The translations under genes and the position numbers were made by a program. The notes under the pieces were generated by a model. It was not told where the DNA came from and did no database searches. It saw only the letters and a program-made list of their open reading frames with translations. This document shows positions 42,911-56,260 of a DNA stretch of 64,000 bases, one piece after another. Position 1 is the stretch's first letter. The number at the start of each line of letters is the position of its first letter. The DNA is from the human T2T-CHM13v2.0 reference genome, Homo sapiens: assembly GCF_009914755.1 (NCBI RefSeq), contig NC_060935.1; one strand, given 5' to 3'.

Positions 42911-44509
42911 GTCCTTGTTCCAATGTAGTCTGTAAGTTTTATTAATTTTCCTCTATGTAGCCTCAAATAACATTCTTTTAATTTAAAGAAAAATATCTTT
43001 TCCTACTGTCTCTGAGTAATTCCTGGCTTTGTTTTGAAATTATTGTGATCTTTGCTAAAAATACCATATTGCCGGGTAGTGGGTGCTGACACAGGCAGTT
43101 CTGGCCACCCATTTGGATTTGACCCCTTAAGAGAATCCTTCCCCAGCACATGCCTCAGGGCCCTCTCATGTGCTGATCCCCCTCTCTGGAACACTCTTCC
43201 CTACCCTTTGCTTTGAGTAACTCCTACTTACCCTTTAGTCCTCAGCTTCATATCCACTTCTTTGGACAGGCCTTCCCTGACTCTACAGACCCCTTTGGCA
43301 TATGTTCTCCTACTTCCTTATCTCACTGTTTTTTTAATAGCTCATTTCACCTTTTAAATAAATAGTGCCACCTGGATGTAGCTGTTGCCTCAATTCATGG
43401 TAGGCACTCTCTCTATTTTGCCTCTTATCTGCTGGGTACAAAGTTTGGCTTCTTTACAAGTTTCCATAAGAAATTACCCACACCGTGGATGCTAGTAGAA
43501 TTTACTCAAGATCTGGAGGACGTGTCTGTGTGTTAAACGCTGGAGGATGGGCCCTCCTGCCCTTCCTCAACCTCCCTGTCTTTCCTCCTTCCTCTCTTCC
43601 CTCATGGATGCCCTCGGCAGCTCCACATTCTATTCTCCTGCGCAGCGGCTCCCCTTTCTTTGCAGCTTTGGTGTCAGCTGACTTCTGGGCAGAAGAGTCT
43701 TGGTTTCCACACACATAAGAAGACAACCCTTGAAGATGGAAGGGAGCATGGCTGGCTGGGGGGACACAAGGCCACACTGTGTGCAAGGGCTTGTCAGATT
43801 CTTCTGCAAGGTGGCACCTTTCAAAGGCAGCTGTGGCGAGGAAAGGAAGCTGCCTGAGAGCACAGCTTGGTGCCTCCATGGCTCCGTGTTCACTCATTCC
43901 CAAGGCCGGAGGCCTGGAGCCCACAGAAGCTGCTGCTCTTGGAAACTCTGGTGAGCAGTGTCCTTGGATTCCCAAGCTCTTCAAATCCCAGGGAATGAAG
44001 ATTAGAAAAGGCACAAAGATATAGGCAGTGTCTATCATGAGATACCAAGCTGGTAGGGGACCACAGAGGAGCCACTAGGGTGGAGACAGGCCCCAGAAAT
44101 TCAGCTCAGCTCTCTAGTCCCCTACTCCAATCTACCAGGTCATGCGTGAAGATAATGTAAACATAACAATGGATGCTTATGATGATGAAAATAATATGAT
44201 GTACAGAATGTATTTTGTCACAGAAATATTTATCAAGTACTACAGAAAATGTCTGATTCTAGCCATTTTGTAGGCTCAGACATGTGTTAGATATTATCTC
44301 TCTCCCCAAGAAACTTGAGTCTACCTTGTGAGAGAAGACACACATGGAAAGCTAGTCCTGCAGGTCAGCACAGGGAAGAGGCAGCACGAAGCAGTAAACC
44401 TAGCATGGCATGCTTGGTTTCAACCTTTTTACTTGCCCTATGATCTTAGCTTTGTCTTTAAAGCAGGAATGCTACCATTACCTTATAGTTTATTAAATAT
44501 TAAATGAAG

Positions 44510-44816
44510 GGTCAGGTGCGGTGGCTCACACCTGTCATCCCAGCACTTTGGGAGGCCGAGACGGTAGGATTGCTTGAGCCCAACGGTTCCAGACCAAGCC
44601 TGGACAACATGGCAAGACCAAGTCTCTACAAAAAAAAAAATACGAAAATTAGCTGGGCATGGTGGTGCATGCCTGTAGTCCCAGTTACTTAGGAGGCTGA
44701 GGTGGGAGGATCACCTGACCCCAGGAGGTTAAGGTTGCAATGAGCCATGATTACGCCACTGCACTCCAGCCTGGGCAATGGAGTGAGACCCTGTCTCAAA
44801 AACAAAAGAAAAAAAA
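44510..44816 (+). mobile_element. AluJ
   Basis: ggattgcttgagccc, ggtgggaggatcacctgacccc. Confidence 0.95.
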
Positions 44817-44920
44817 TTAAATGAGGAAAAAACCATGCAAAACACCTATGTCTGTATGACGCAAGTATTGAGACCTTAATGGCCATTAAATCTAATTTTA
44901 ATACATAACTAATAAGTGGT

Positions 44921-45386
44921 TATGTTTGTTTCCCAGGGCTGCCATGACAAGCACCATAAACCAGGTGGCTCAAGCTATAGATCTTGTTGCTTCATAGCTC
45001 TGGAGGCTGGAAGTCCAAGTCTCAGTGTCAGCAGGGTGGGCTTCTACCAAGGGCTGTGTGGGGAACCTGCTCCAGGTCTCTCTCTTAGCTTCTGGTGGTT
45101 TGCTGGCAATAGTAGGCTCTCTGCCTTGGCTTCTACTGCATCACCCTGATTTCCGCCTGCATCTTTGCAGGGTGTTCTCCTGTGTGTGTGTCTCTGTGTC
45201 CAAATTTCCTACTTTTATAAGAACACTAGTAGTGGATTAGGGACCCACTCTACTCCAGTGTGACCTCACTTTGACTTTATTAATTACATCTGCAATGACC
45301 CTATTTTCAAATAAGGTCACATTTAGAGGTACTGAGGTTATAATTTTGACATATAAATTTTGGAAGACACAAGTCAACCCATAACA
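44921..45386 (-). mobile_element. MLT1C/B (MaLR) solo LTR
   Basis: cccagggctgccatgacaa...tctggaggctggaagtccaag...ggattagggacccactc...caacccataaca. Confidence 0.9.
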
Positions 45387-47589
45387 ATAGTAAAAGAATA
45401 AAAATCTAGAAAAGGTAGGAGAGATGGCAACAGATCCCTAGTACCCAGGGCGGTCAGTGGAACCTCTTAGATCACCTGGGGCTGAATCCAGGACGGGGCA
45501 GTTGGCAGAAACTTGGTGGTGGTGGGCATGGGGGCACAGCGAGAAGAATGTGACAAGCAAGAACACAAAAGCAGAAATGTGCAGGCATGTTTGAAGGGCA
45601 GTGAGGAAGCCAGCCAGGCTGGACTAGAGAGTATGGGCCAGGGAACACTTTGGAAGCCTTTGACTCATGAAGGAAGGAGTTTGCACTTCAGGATCTTGGC
45701 ACAAGGCAGACAGTGAAGGATTATGATGCATAGCACTGAGACAAATAAGCAGTTAAGACCCGAAGGTGTAAATATTTGCTTTAGTTATTGAAAATGACAC
45801 TAGAGAGCCATATTACTAGTGCATTCACTGTGAGTTACTTTACAGTAGTGAGATTGGATTGAGTGGACTTGTTCTCTATCCACCCTGGTTCTCTAGGCAT
45901 ATATTTGCCCTCTTGGCTGGTTGAACGTAGAGGTACAGTCTGATCAGATGAGAGCTTATCTGTGAGCCAAGTGACCTGATTTATATGGAGATCAGTCCAA
46001 ATTAAGAGCACACACAGTGTTCTCAGAGCTGAAGGGAGGATAACAACAGAGGTCTGGCTGTCTGTGTTCTTCAGGAAGTGCTGGCAAGGAATAGGGAGCT
46101 CTAAGAGAGGAATAGGTGGTCTGCTGAATGGAGAGATGGTAGAAGACACAAGTAGCAGTCTCCAAAAACTCAGGTTTATAGATTACTACAGCTCACTGCG
46201 TTCATCCTTGCTCCATTAGGATCTCAACACCTAGGTTATACAAGAACAAATGTCTCATGGAAAAGTAAAAATGTATCCAACCAATCAATTGTCTGGTCTA
46301 TGTGATGCCAACTAATTCAAGGGAAACTACTGTTTAACCTCAGTCTCTGGTTGCGGTGGCAGTAAGTCGGCACTGTCCTGATGTCTGGCACATCTGACAC
46401 ATCACTCAGCGTAGCAGCAACATCTGGCTCCTCGCAATTCTTGTGGGCAATTTTGCAGTCACCACAGACAGTGTAGACTCATAATTAACTTGTCAACACT
46501 CCCCACCAGGAATTTCCACTGGTCCTGGAGGGCCTAGCTCAGGGTGTGAGCCATAGCACAGGAAGAGTTTCTGGTCCTGACTCCTGGAACCAAGCCTGGC
46601 AGTTGTGGTGGGTGAGTGTGCTGGGATCAAGTCTGCGTCCACTGCTTTTCTGTATACTTTCAACTCTGCAGAGTTCTCCTTAGAAGGAATCTATTGTTGG
46701 TTGTTTAAAGGCTGCTACTATAGACCTATTACAGGGAGAACCCATACTCAAAGCCAATGAAAGCTGACAACACTGGTCTAATGTGCAAGTACTTTGATTT
46801 TGTATGTAACTAGCATGCTTCACTGCATGTTGAAATACATGGGTGCTCCCCACCTGGGCTTCTTTCTCTAAGGTCGTCCACTCACTTGAGAATTGGATGC
46901 CACATCTGTCTCCTTTTTACCATGACCTTTGGCTCTGACTGTCCCCCAGCATTGAGATGATGCGTGGAAAGCCCACTTATTACTCAGCCCTTGATATACA
47001 GCAAGCTCCAAATAAACGGTAGATAAATACAACAATTACAGCCACCCCCACAGTGTGCTAATTGTTGTATCAGCAAAGGCTCCACCAGTCTAGGAATTAC
47101 CTTCTGTTTGGGTTTCTTATGAACAGTCAAGTCCAAACTGCAGCACTGACTGGAATTATCAGGGAAGGAAGAGGTGTTGGCTTCCCTGGTGTGGCCAGCA
47201 GTCATGGAATCAGCTGTAAGTAGTGCTCCACGAAGGGAGTCGGTGCCTTCCAGATATGGCAGGGATTGGTGATCCCTCTTGTTTTCTTTATCAGTTCTAA
47301 GTCATTCACTAGAAAGCTTGAAGAAATCCAAAGCTAGAAGATTTTATGGGTAGTAGTAGATAGTTGCTAGTTTTTCCCATTTGAAAAAATTTAGTTAGAG
47401 GAATAATCATTCTTCATTTTGTTTATGACTTAGTGCCTTTGGTGTTGTGCAGTGAAAGACGGGAAAGACAGAGGACACCGTTCCTATGATCAGAAGTTTA
47501 CCATCTAGATGGATAAAGAAGGCATTCATACATAAACGCAATAGCTACAGGAAAAGGTTTTCAAAACTTCCCAGGCACTACCCCAAAGG

Positions 47590-49134
47590 ATTCACAGATT
47601 TAGTGCAATTCCTCTCAAAATACCAATGATGTTTTCCGCACAAATGGAAAAATCTACCCTAAAATTCATAAGGAATCTCAAGGGACCCCAAATAGCCAAA
47701 ATAATCTTGAAAAATAAGAATAAAGTTGGAGGACTTATTCTTCTGATTTTAAAACTTTCTACAAAGCTATAGGAATCAAAACAGATTGAAAGTGGCACAA
47801 AGATGGACATCTATACCAGTGGAATAGAATAGAGAGCTCAGAAATAAATTTTTGCATATATGATCAGGTGACATTAAACAAGGGTACCAAAACCATCAAT
47901 GAGGAAAGAAAAGTCTTCTCAACAAATAATATCGGGAACACTGGATACATGCAAAATAATTAAGTTGGACCCTTACCTAACACCATATACATGAATTAAT
48001 TCAAAATAGATCAAAGACCTAAATTTAAGAGCTAAAAATAGAAAACTCTTAGAAGAGAACATAGGGGAAAGGATTCGTGACATTGGACATGGCAATGATC
48101 TTTAAAGGTATGAAACTACAAGCATAGTCAACAAAAGAAAAAAACAGGTAAGTTGGATTTATTAAAATCAATAAATTTTGTGCATCAAAGAACATGATCA
48201 ACAGCGTGAAGAGACACTCTTCCCCCATGGAATAGAGGAAAATAGGCAAATCATATATCTGATAGGAGATTAATATCCATAAAATATTAAAAAAAAAACT
48301 CTTACAACTCAATGACAAAAACAACCCAATTAAAAAACGGACAAAGGATTTGAGTAGACGTTTCTCCAAAGATTATACAGATGGCTAATAAGCACATCAA
48401 CAGATGTTCAGCATCACTCATCATTAGAGAATTGCAAGTCAAAACCACAATTACACAAAGTCATTAGAATAGCTATTATCAAAAATAAAAACAAAACAAA
48501 CAAGTATTAGCAAGGATATGGAGAAATTAGAACCCTTGTGCATTGCTGCTCAGAATGCAAAATGGTGCAGTGCTATGGAAAACAGTATGGCAGGCCCTCA
48601 AAAAATTAAACAGAATTATCCTATGATCCAGCAAATCTACTTCTGAACATACGCCCAAAGGATTGAAAGCAGGAACTCCAGCAGGTATTTGTACATCAAT
48701 GTTCATAGCAGTGTTTTATTCACAGTAGGCAAAAGGCAGAAACAACCCAAATGTCCATTGATGGATGAATGGATAAACAAACTGTGGTGGGCATATGCAT
48801 GGGGTATTACTCAGCCTTAAATGACAATGAGATTCTGATACATGCTACCTCCTGGATGAACCTAAAGATACTACGCTAAGTGAAATAAGCCAGGCACAAT
48901 TGAACAAGCATTACATGATTCCATTATATGCGGGGCTGGAGGAAAGGAAGAGTGGAAAACTGTTGTTTAATAGGTATGGAGTTCAGTGTGGGAGGATGAA
49001 ATGGTTCTGCAGGTGGATGGTGGCGATGTTTGCTCAACCATGTATATATATTTAATGCCACCAATCTGTACACTTAAAATGGTTAAAAATGTCAAATTTT
49101 ATGTTACATTTCTTTTACCACAATTTAAAAAAAT
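47590..49134 (+). mobile_element. L1MB/MA9-like ORF2 C-terminus and 3' UTR
   Basis: aagggaccccaaatagccaaaataatcttgaaaa, aacccaaatgtccattgatggatgaatggataaac, tgtacacttaaaatggttaaaa + A tail. Confidence 0.9.
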
Positions 49135-51244
49135 TTCCTGAGAAATCCAAATGACAAAAGTGATCAGCCTGGGGAAAATGTAAATGGATGGCTCCCTGGG
49201 GGAGCAGAGTCTTCAGGGAAGTCATGACCGCAGAGGGAAGACCTAGGGATGCTTGTCAAAGGCTCACACACAGCTCTGCATCAGCTTGTGTGTGGACAGC
49301 GTAGGGAGGCCTGGTCTGGCAAGGGCAGCAGGTGTTGGGGCTCTGGGTGAATGACGCTGGGTGAACATGGGGTGGTGGCAAGGAGTCTGCAGGAAGAGAA
49401 GGGCCGGCTGGTGGGGCTGGGTCAGAGCCCAGACAGGTCAATGGGAAGGGCTGTGTGCTGGAAGAGGGACTGGTGCTGCTGTGTTATCAGAACAATCTGG
49501 GAGAGAGACAGCAAGGGAGGAAGTCTGGGTGAATGGCTAGGACCTGTGGCAGCAGCCCAGGCCTGAGGTATCAGGGCAGGGGGTGGTAACAGTGGGGACG
49601 GGAGGCCCTGGCAAGCCTTAGCAGTCAGGCATGATTCCCATATTGTCTTCCTGGTCACCAGTGGATGCCCGGATCCTGTGCCTTGGGAAGGTCAGGGTTG
49701 AAACACCACCACCCTCTTCTTTTTGCAACTTTTCTGTTCTTCTTGTGGGCTCCTTTTGAGTTAGGTGTGTACAAGGAATAGACTTTAGGGTTTATCTGGG
49801 GAGTTTCTTCAAGTGGTTCTCTCATATAGTAAATGAGAAAGTTGGGTTAGATGACAGCTACAGCTCTTTCCTGCTTTTAAACACTGTGATTCATTTACTT
49901 GATTGATAATTGCTCAGTTCTTTCCATGTGCCAGGCACTGCGTGAGCCCATAGCTCGTACAACCGTGACCAAGAGGGCAAGCATCTGCTCTCATGTGGCT
50001 GCCTCTCCTGCCTTTGTGCCATTCCTGTTAAATGAACTCGTGTGTGCCATGGTGCCCGGCTCATACCTGGAGAGAGTAGTTGCTACACATGGTACCTATT
50101 GTGCTCACTGCTTCTCCTGGCTCTAGGTCCCACATCAACTCATCCTTCATCACATTGTCACTTCTCATGTGTGCTGTTTGCCCACACACCTTTCCTTTCT
50201 CTTTTCAGTTGTTATAATGCTAAGTCCAGATTACCAGCAGACACCACCACAGCATAGCCGTGAGCTCACCAGGCTTGAAGCAGGCCTAGCATTGCTTAGC
50301 AACTGTGAAAATAGCTTCAGCAGGCCCCACGGGACGCTCGAGAACCTCATCTCTGGGGTGTGTGGGAACGGAAGAGCTTCAGTTGAAATAAAGATGCAAA
50401 CAAACCGAATTGGTCCCCAGACATCACGCTTCACATTGCCTGACACTCAGCGGAATGAGATACTTGTGTCCCACTCTCTCAAGCACCAAGTAAGCAGTCA
50501 GGGCTGGAGAATCTGCAAGCTGTCTCTTAGGGATACACACATAGCTTCACACACAGACAAACAACGATGTGCAAATCCAGCTGCACATGCATACCCGGTT
50601 CGGGCTGACTTCCTATTCCATCAGTCTGCATGGAGTCAGGTTGCTGTTTGCATGTCAGAGCCCATGGGTCATCGTGAGTGTTTGGATTAGTGAATGAGGA
50701 CAAAAGTGGCTTCTGTCAGAGATGTTATGCAATTACATGTGATGGATGCTCGCTTCCCTCCCTGGTTCTTCTCCACTGCGCAAACTTTGTAATAGGTGGG
50801 AAGGTTCAAAACCCTTAAAGGCCAAATGCCACACCAAGTGGGGAGGTAGGGTGGGTGTTAAGGAACTAATTTCTCTCTCTGCACCAACTGGTGCTTCTGG
50901 TTTGCTTCTGGAGATGCCTTAGGTGCTCAGTCCCTGTAAAAGGAATGATTTTAAGGTGATGGAAAGAGACGTTTCAGCAGGAGAGCTATGCTGAGGAATT
51001 TTCTGCTATATCAAGAGTAGAAACAGGGCTGAGTGAGTGATTCGGTGACCTCATGAGGGTTGCCGCCCCCTGAGGCCCCCAGCTGTGGAAGATGATATGA
51101 TCAGGAGAATGGCACGTTGCACTGACTTCCGGGTCTATAGAGGTCCAGTCTCCACCTCTGATTGTTGATTTGTCACAGCAGGGAAGAGTGAGGTTGGCTG
51201 GGCTCACATCTTGCAGAATGGCATTGCAGGCCCTGGGTCAAGTG

Positions 51245-51375
51245 GCTTGGGACTGAATTTTGGTTCTACCACTTAGTGGCTGTGTGGCTAAGGCAAGCCT
51301 TCGTATGTAAAATGAGACTAATGATAGCTCACAGGGGAGGCGAGAGACATTTTGGGGCTGTATGCATATGGTTAA
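51245..51375 (+). mobile_element. MIR
   Basis: ttctaccacttagtggctgtgtgg...tgtaaaatgaga. Confidence 0.65.
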
Positions 51376-52299
51376 AAGCCCGGACTCTAGCCAGCAATGA
51401 CTTCTGTCACTATAACTTATACCCAACATGGTGTAAGTTTCTCATGCCCCTGGACTCTACAGCCAGCTCACCTCGAGTGCTTCTACCTGGCCAGGTGTCA
51501 CTGGCTCTCCTGTTGCTCGACCTTGATGGCTTTACTGCTGCTTGATCACATCCTGTCTTTGGGCAGGTTCTTTAATTCCCCCTCCTTGCTCCTCTTGGCT
51601 TCCTTCACACCTCCTTGCCTCAATTCTCTTGGCATCAAGTTACCTCTATTTTCCTGAGCTTGTAGTTGACTCCTAGCTCATTAGAAAATTATCTATGTAG
51701 AACTCTTTAAGATAACTTAATATTGCAAGGTTTAAAAAAATATTGACCCAATTCATATGAGCTTAGACTTAGTGCTTCTACTTCTCCAATCATTTATCTT
51801 AGTCTTGCGGCTGGACTAGAGCCAGGATGCTTTGCTTCCAATCTTCTGACATTTTCCTCCTATGGAACTGAGGTGAGAATTAGGGTGACCCTGAATGTGT
51901 TGTGAGCCAGAGCTAACCCAGGATAAGTCTGGAATGAAACAGGGTCTGTAGAAATGGCTGTCTCCACATTCTTACCTTTAATTCACTCTGTATTTCACTC
52001 CAATTTGGCTTCCACTGTCACCAGTTTACTGAAATAGTTTTTGCTATAGGCAATAATTATGTTGCCTTCCCCTATGAACATTATTTGTCTTTTTTCTATT
52101 CTATTTTTAAAGTCAACTTATAGCTATTCAAAGTAGAAGGTATATTTAATTATTCAAAATCTTTGTGGCTGATACAAGCATTAGAAAAAGAATGCATAGT
52201 TAATAATTGTGAGTATGGGCAGTTTCACAGATTAATTTACTTTCTGGAAATCTAGAATCTCTAGAATGTATTAAAGTTATAAAGAGGTTGGATTAACTC

Positions 52300-52460
52300 A
52301 TTTTATTTTGGTAAGAACACTTAACATGAGATCTTTCCACTTGAAAAGTTTTATGTGCACAATACAGTATTGTTAACTAAGGACAATATTGCACAACAGA
52401 TCTGTAGAACTTATGCATCTTGCATAATGAAACTTTATACCCATTGAACAGCAATTTCTA
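52300..52460 (-). mobile_element. L1MA 3' end
   Basis: ggtaagaacacttaacatgagatct...aacagatctgtagaacttatgcatcttgcataa. Confidence 0.8.
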
Positions 52461-53059
52461 TTTTGGCTAAATGTAACCACATTAAAATACTTGATATTGT
52501 CTTTGGTCATGAAGCATAAATGTATAATGGTAGATGTATTTTAATCCTAATTCAGGAATGATATTTAAACAAAACTCTCACTCAGTAAGATATACATGAC
52601 TACATTAGGAAAATCACATTCTAAGTTTTATAGAACACTCTCAGGTGATGTTAACAGATCAAAAAATAAGGAGAACCAATGCTGTCTTATACATATTTAA
52701 GCTGGGAAGTTTCTCAAGTAGTAGAGTCATATTCAGGAAGTAATATTTAAAATATAAACTCTTAATTGCAGTCGCTTCTCTGTTAAGTCCATCTCTTTCA
52801 GATTCTTCGGTTAACAGCAATACTCTAAAAATCAACTGTAAAATCTTAGCTTGCAATGTTTTGATTTTTTCCTGAATTTTGAAACTTTTAAAGTGCTATT
52901 ACATGTCTTATAAATGAAATAAATTAAACATATTCTCAGGAGACTACAACTCAGGAGCAGCTGGATGAGATGGAAGAGATCCCCAGAGAGAGCCAGTGTG
53001 GGAGGCAGGACTTCCATGCCCTCTCCTGTCCCACCGCCTCCCCAAGGTGCGCTCACCAA

Positions 53060-54180
53060 CCTGGAAGCCCACGCCACTCATCTTTCACCTCCCTTGTCCA
53101 CGATGGGGTTTTAAGCTCCGCTGACCATTCCTTCCTTCTTGGAATGCTCTGTTGAATTCTGGGACTCCACACTCTCCTGATTTGTCTCCTACGTCTCTGG
53201 CCATTCATTCCCTCAGTGTTCTTTGAGGGATCTTTTCCTTCTGCCCAATCTTTAATGTTAAAGTTCCTCAGGTTTTGATCCTAGACCACCTTTTCTTCCT
53301 ACTCTACTTCCATCTGGGAGATCTCAACCACTTTCGTGCCTTCAAATACTCTCTGAAGATGATGACTGCCCGTCATGCGTCTCTAGATAAGACTTGTCTT
53401 CTGACCTCCACACTCTCACATGCAGCTCCTGTTGGCTCTGTCAGCCCCCTCAGTTCCATCCACCTCTCTCCCTCCTCAGCCCTACTCCTTTGTCCCTCAC
53501 CTGGACAATTATGATGGCCTCTAAGACACCTCCCTGCCTCTACTCTGATGTCTTCTGCACTCAACTGCTAAAGAGATTGTTTATCAATGCAAATCGGAGT
53601 CTGTCATTCACCTGTGTAGAACTCTACAGTTGTGCATCATTCTTAGGGTCAAGTCTAATGTTATTAACACGGCCTGGTGGGCCCTGAATGATCTGACTCC
53701 TACTCATTGCTTGGGCGCTTTGGCTTTCTTTCAGTTTCTTGAATTTACCAAGTTTCTATCCCTCTCACATTCCATTTCCTCACCAGGTGTGCCCTTTAAT
53801 ACGGTCATGAGTGCCATGAATTTTTCCTTTGAGGCACTTGTCACAATTGCCACTAGATAATTATTTGTTCTTTATTTTAATTTTTTTTCAGAGACAGAGT
53901 CTTGCTCTGTTGTCCAGGCTGGAGAGCAATGGTGCCATCATAGCTCACTGCAGCCTTGACCGCCTGGGCTCAAGCGATCCTCCCACCTCAGCCTCCTGAG
54001 TAGCTGGGACTACAGGTGTGCACAACCACACTCGGCCAATTATTTATTTATTGTCCGTCTCTCCAGTGAAATGGTCCTGAAAATTAGGTATCATGTTTTG
54101 TTTAACTCTTTATCCTTATCCTTAATGTTAGACACTGTTTTATTTGACTCAATAAAGACTTCTTGAATGACTGAATAAAC
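53060..54180 (+). mobile_element. L2 3' region, interrupted by FLAM_C
   Basis: tgaccattccttccttcttggaatgctct, ccacactctcctgatt, ctcaataaagacttcttgaatgactgaat terminus. Confidence 0.8.
53872..54037 (-). mobile_element. Alu monomer (FLAM/FRAM)
   Basis: Single antisense monomer; flanks aattatttg / aattattta. Confidence 0.85.
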
Positions 54181-54484
54181 CAGTGAGGGAAAAGGGGGTG
54201 TCAGGATGGGGAGATCCTGACATTGAGCTTTAGCCTGAACCTTGAAGGTGTTTGTTCAGATTGGTGCCTGGGAATAGAAGTGATGCCCAACTTTCTGCCA
54301 GATGTAGATCTTAGACTCCCACAGAGGGGACTGTCTGTATCAAGGTCTCCAGGTGGTCCAGAGGATAGCATTGCGTATAAAAAAGCCCAATGACAACAAC
54401 TCTGTGAGCCTCTGGGCTTTCCTGTTGGGATCAACAGAGGGGAAATTGTGACCTTTTTTTGTTTTGACATGTTATTAGGTCATA

Positions 54485-54720
54485 GTATGATGCTGTGAAA
54501 AGAGATGAGTTTAGGCTCAAGCAACAAATAAACCTCCTTTGAATTCTGACTCAACAAGCTAATAGCTTGTAAAATCAGGTGAATTATTTAACCTCTCTGA
54601 GCCTATTTTATAGGGCTGTTGTGAGGATTAAATGAATAATCCATGTTAAATGCTCTGCTCAGTGTTTGGTACCTAGAAAGAACTGCCTAATTGTTGCTGT
54701 TGTTGTTGCTGTTAATATTA
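54485..54720 (+). mobile_element. MIR
   Basis: ttatttaacctctctgagcct...gttgtgaggattaaatga. Confidence 0.8.
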
Positions 54721-55439
54721 TTAGTTGTCCCAGCTCTCTAATAACAAATGATTTGAGTAGGCTGCTTCCTTTAGCTGTAAGATTATCATCTTTTTGGGAC
54801 AAGATGACCTCTGCAGTCTCTCCAGCTCTAGGATTCAATGATCAGGGGACTTTGAGATCACCCCCATGCTGGAACTCTTTGAAGCATTTCCATGGGAAAG
54901 GAAAGAATCACTTCTCTTTGCAGCCATGCTCAAACGGATTGTCCTGGAAGATAAGCAAAGATGACACATGTAGGAGAGGAAAGTCCAGTTCAGTCTGGCT
55001 CAGACCCTCCTGGAATCTGGTACTTTTGGGTGGGACAGGAGACAGATGTTCCATGACAGCCAACATCGTGTACTTCAGACTTTCTGGGAATGATGGCAGG
55101 AGAGGAACCAGAAGAGCAGGATGACTTGAATTTATTTTCTTGGAAAGACTATTTTGTTGGCAAGACTTATCCCTGGCCTCATAAATGGACCAGAGGCTAA
55201 TGGACTAGGAAGAACTGCTCTTGAGCCGCTCCCTCCCTGCTGGTCAGGTCCAAGAACATTGCCTCCAAGAGCATGGACCCTCACCCCAACCCACACTTGC
55301 CTTCCCCTGAGGTCGCAGGCTGCCTTTCTGCCCCTTTGGTGATCTGCCATTAATCTGATACATGTGTAATTTGAATCCATTTGGATGAAATTGTAGAGGA
55401 GGAAAAGAAGAGAATGCAGAAAGGAACAATGATGCTAAG

Positions 55440-55970
55440 TAGCATGGACAAAGAACAGAGGCATCTTGTGCAATAGATAGGCCTCTATCCAACTGAATGA
55501 CAGAAACCCTAAATTACAGTAGTTTAATCAAAGTTAAGATTTATTGGTATCTCACATTAAATTGTAGGGAGGCAGATGAGAGTTGCAATTGTGACTCTGC
55601 AATCATTTGTGACTGCCCTTGTTCTATACCACTCCTCTGCCCTCTTCAATATTTCTATTTTGTGGCCCAAGACAGTGGCTCCAATTTTTGTCATTACATC
55701 TGCATTCTAGCCAGCTAGAAAAAGAAAGAAAGGGGAGGGGAAGTGCATGTGCCTTCTCTTTAAGGACACTTCCCAGAAATTGAACACATTGCTTCAACTT
55801 ATATCCCACTGGCCAGTACTTAGTCACGTGGCTACATCTAGCTGTAGAGACACTGGAAAATATGTCTTTATTCCAAGTGGCTGTGTGGTCAGCTAATTTT
55901 TATATAGTTCTATTATTTTTTAAAAAGGCAAGAACAGGTATCAGAAGACAATTAGCAGTCTCTGCCTCCC
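55440..55970. mobile_element. Old MaLR LTR (MLT1J/K/L-like)
   Basis: cttatatcccactggccagtacttagtcacgtggctacatctagctg...ggaaaatatgtcttta. Confidence 0.7.
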
Positions 55971-56059
55971 TTGGAAACAAGAGTGGATATTACAGATTGA
56001 TGTCATAAAAATTGCCACAGTCAGCCTTGGGTGTAATCTCTAGATCCAGGCAGCAAGGG

Positions 56060-56260
56060 CCGATTGGAATTTTATTCCGACCAGATGCTAGCTGGGCAAT
56101 GCTGGGCACATTGTTTAATCTCCCTGAACTTCAGCTTTCTCTTCTGTAAATAATAGTAATAACAAAGACTTCCAAGAATTGTAAACAGAACAAAATGAGT
56201 GATGTGTGTAGAGTGCTTCGTGCCCTTTTTGTATGTAGTCATGGGCCGCAGTAGATATTG
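56060..56260 (+). mobile_element. MIR
   Basis: tttaatctccctgaacttcagctttctcttctgtaaa. Confidence 0.7.

Noticed and set aside
43485-44075. Stack of overlapping ORFs including 178 aa on the minus strand
   Set aside because: GC-richer, stop-poor sequence open in many frames; no domain and no frame preference.
51061-51078. CTCF-like GGCCTCAGGGGGCGGC, and similar sites at about 60121 and 60355
   Set aside because: Three or more mismatches in the 5' half of the core.
54666-55124. 152-aa ORF
   Set aside because: Non-ATG start inside a MIR/simple repeat; no homology.
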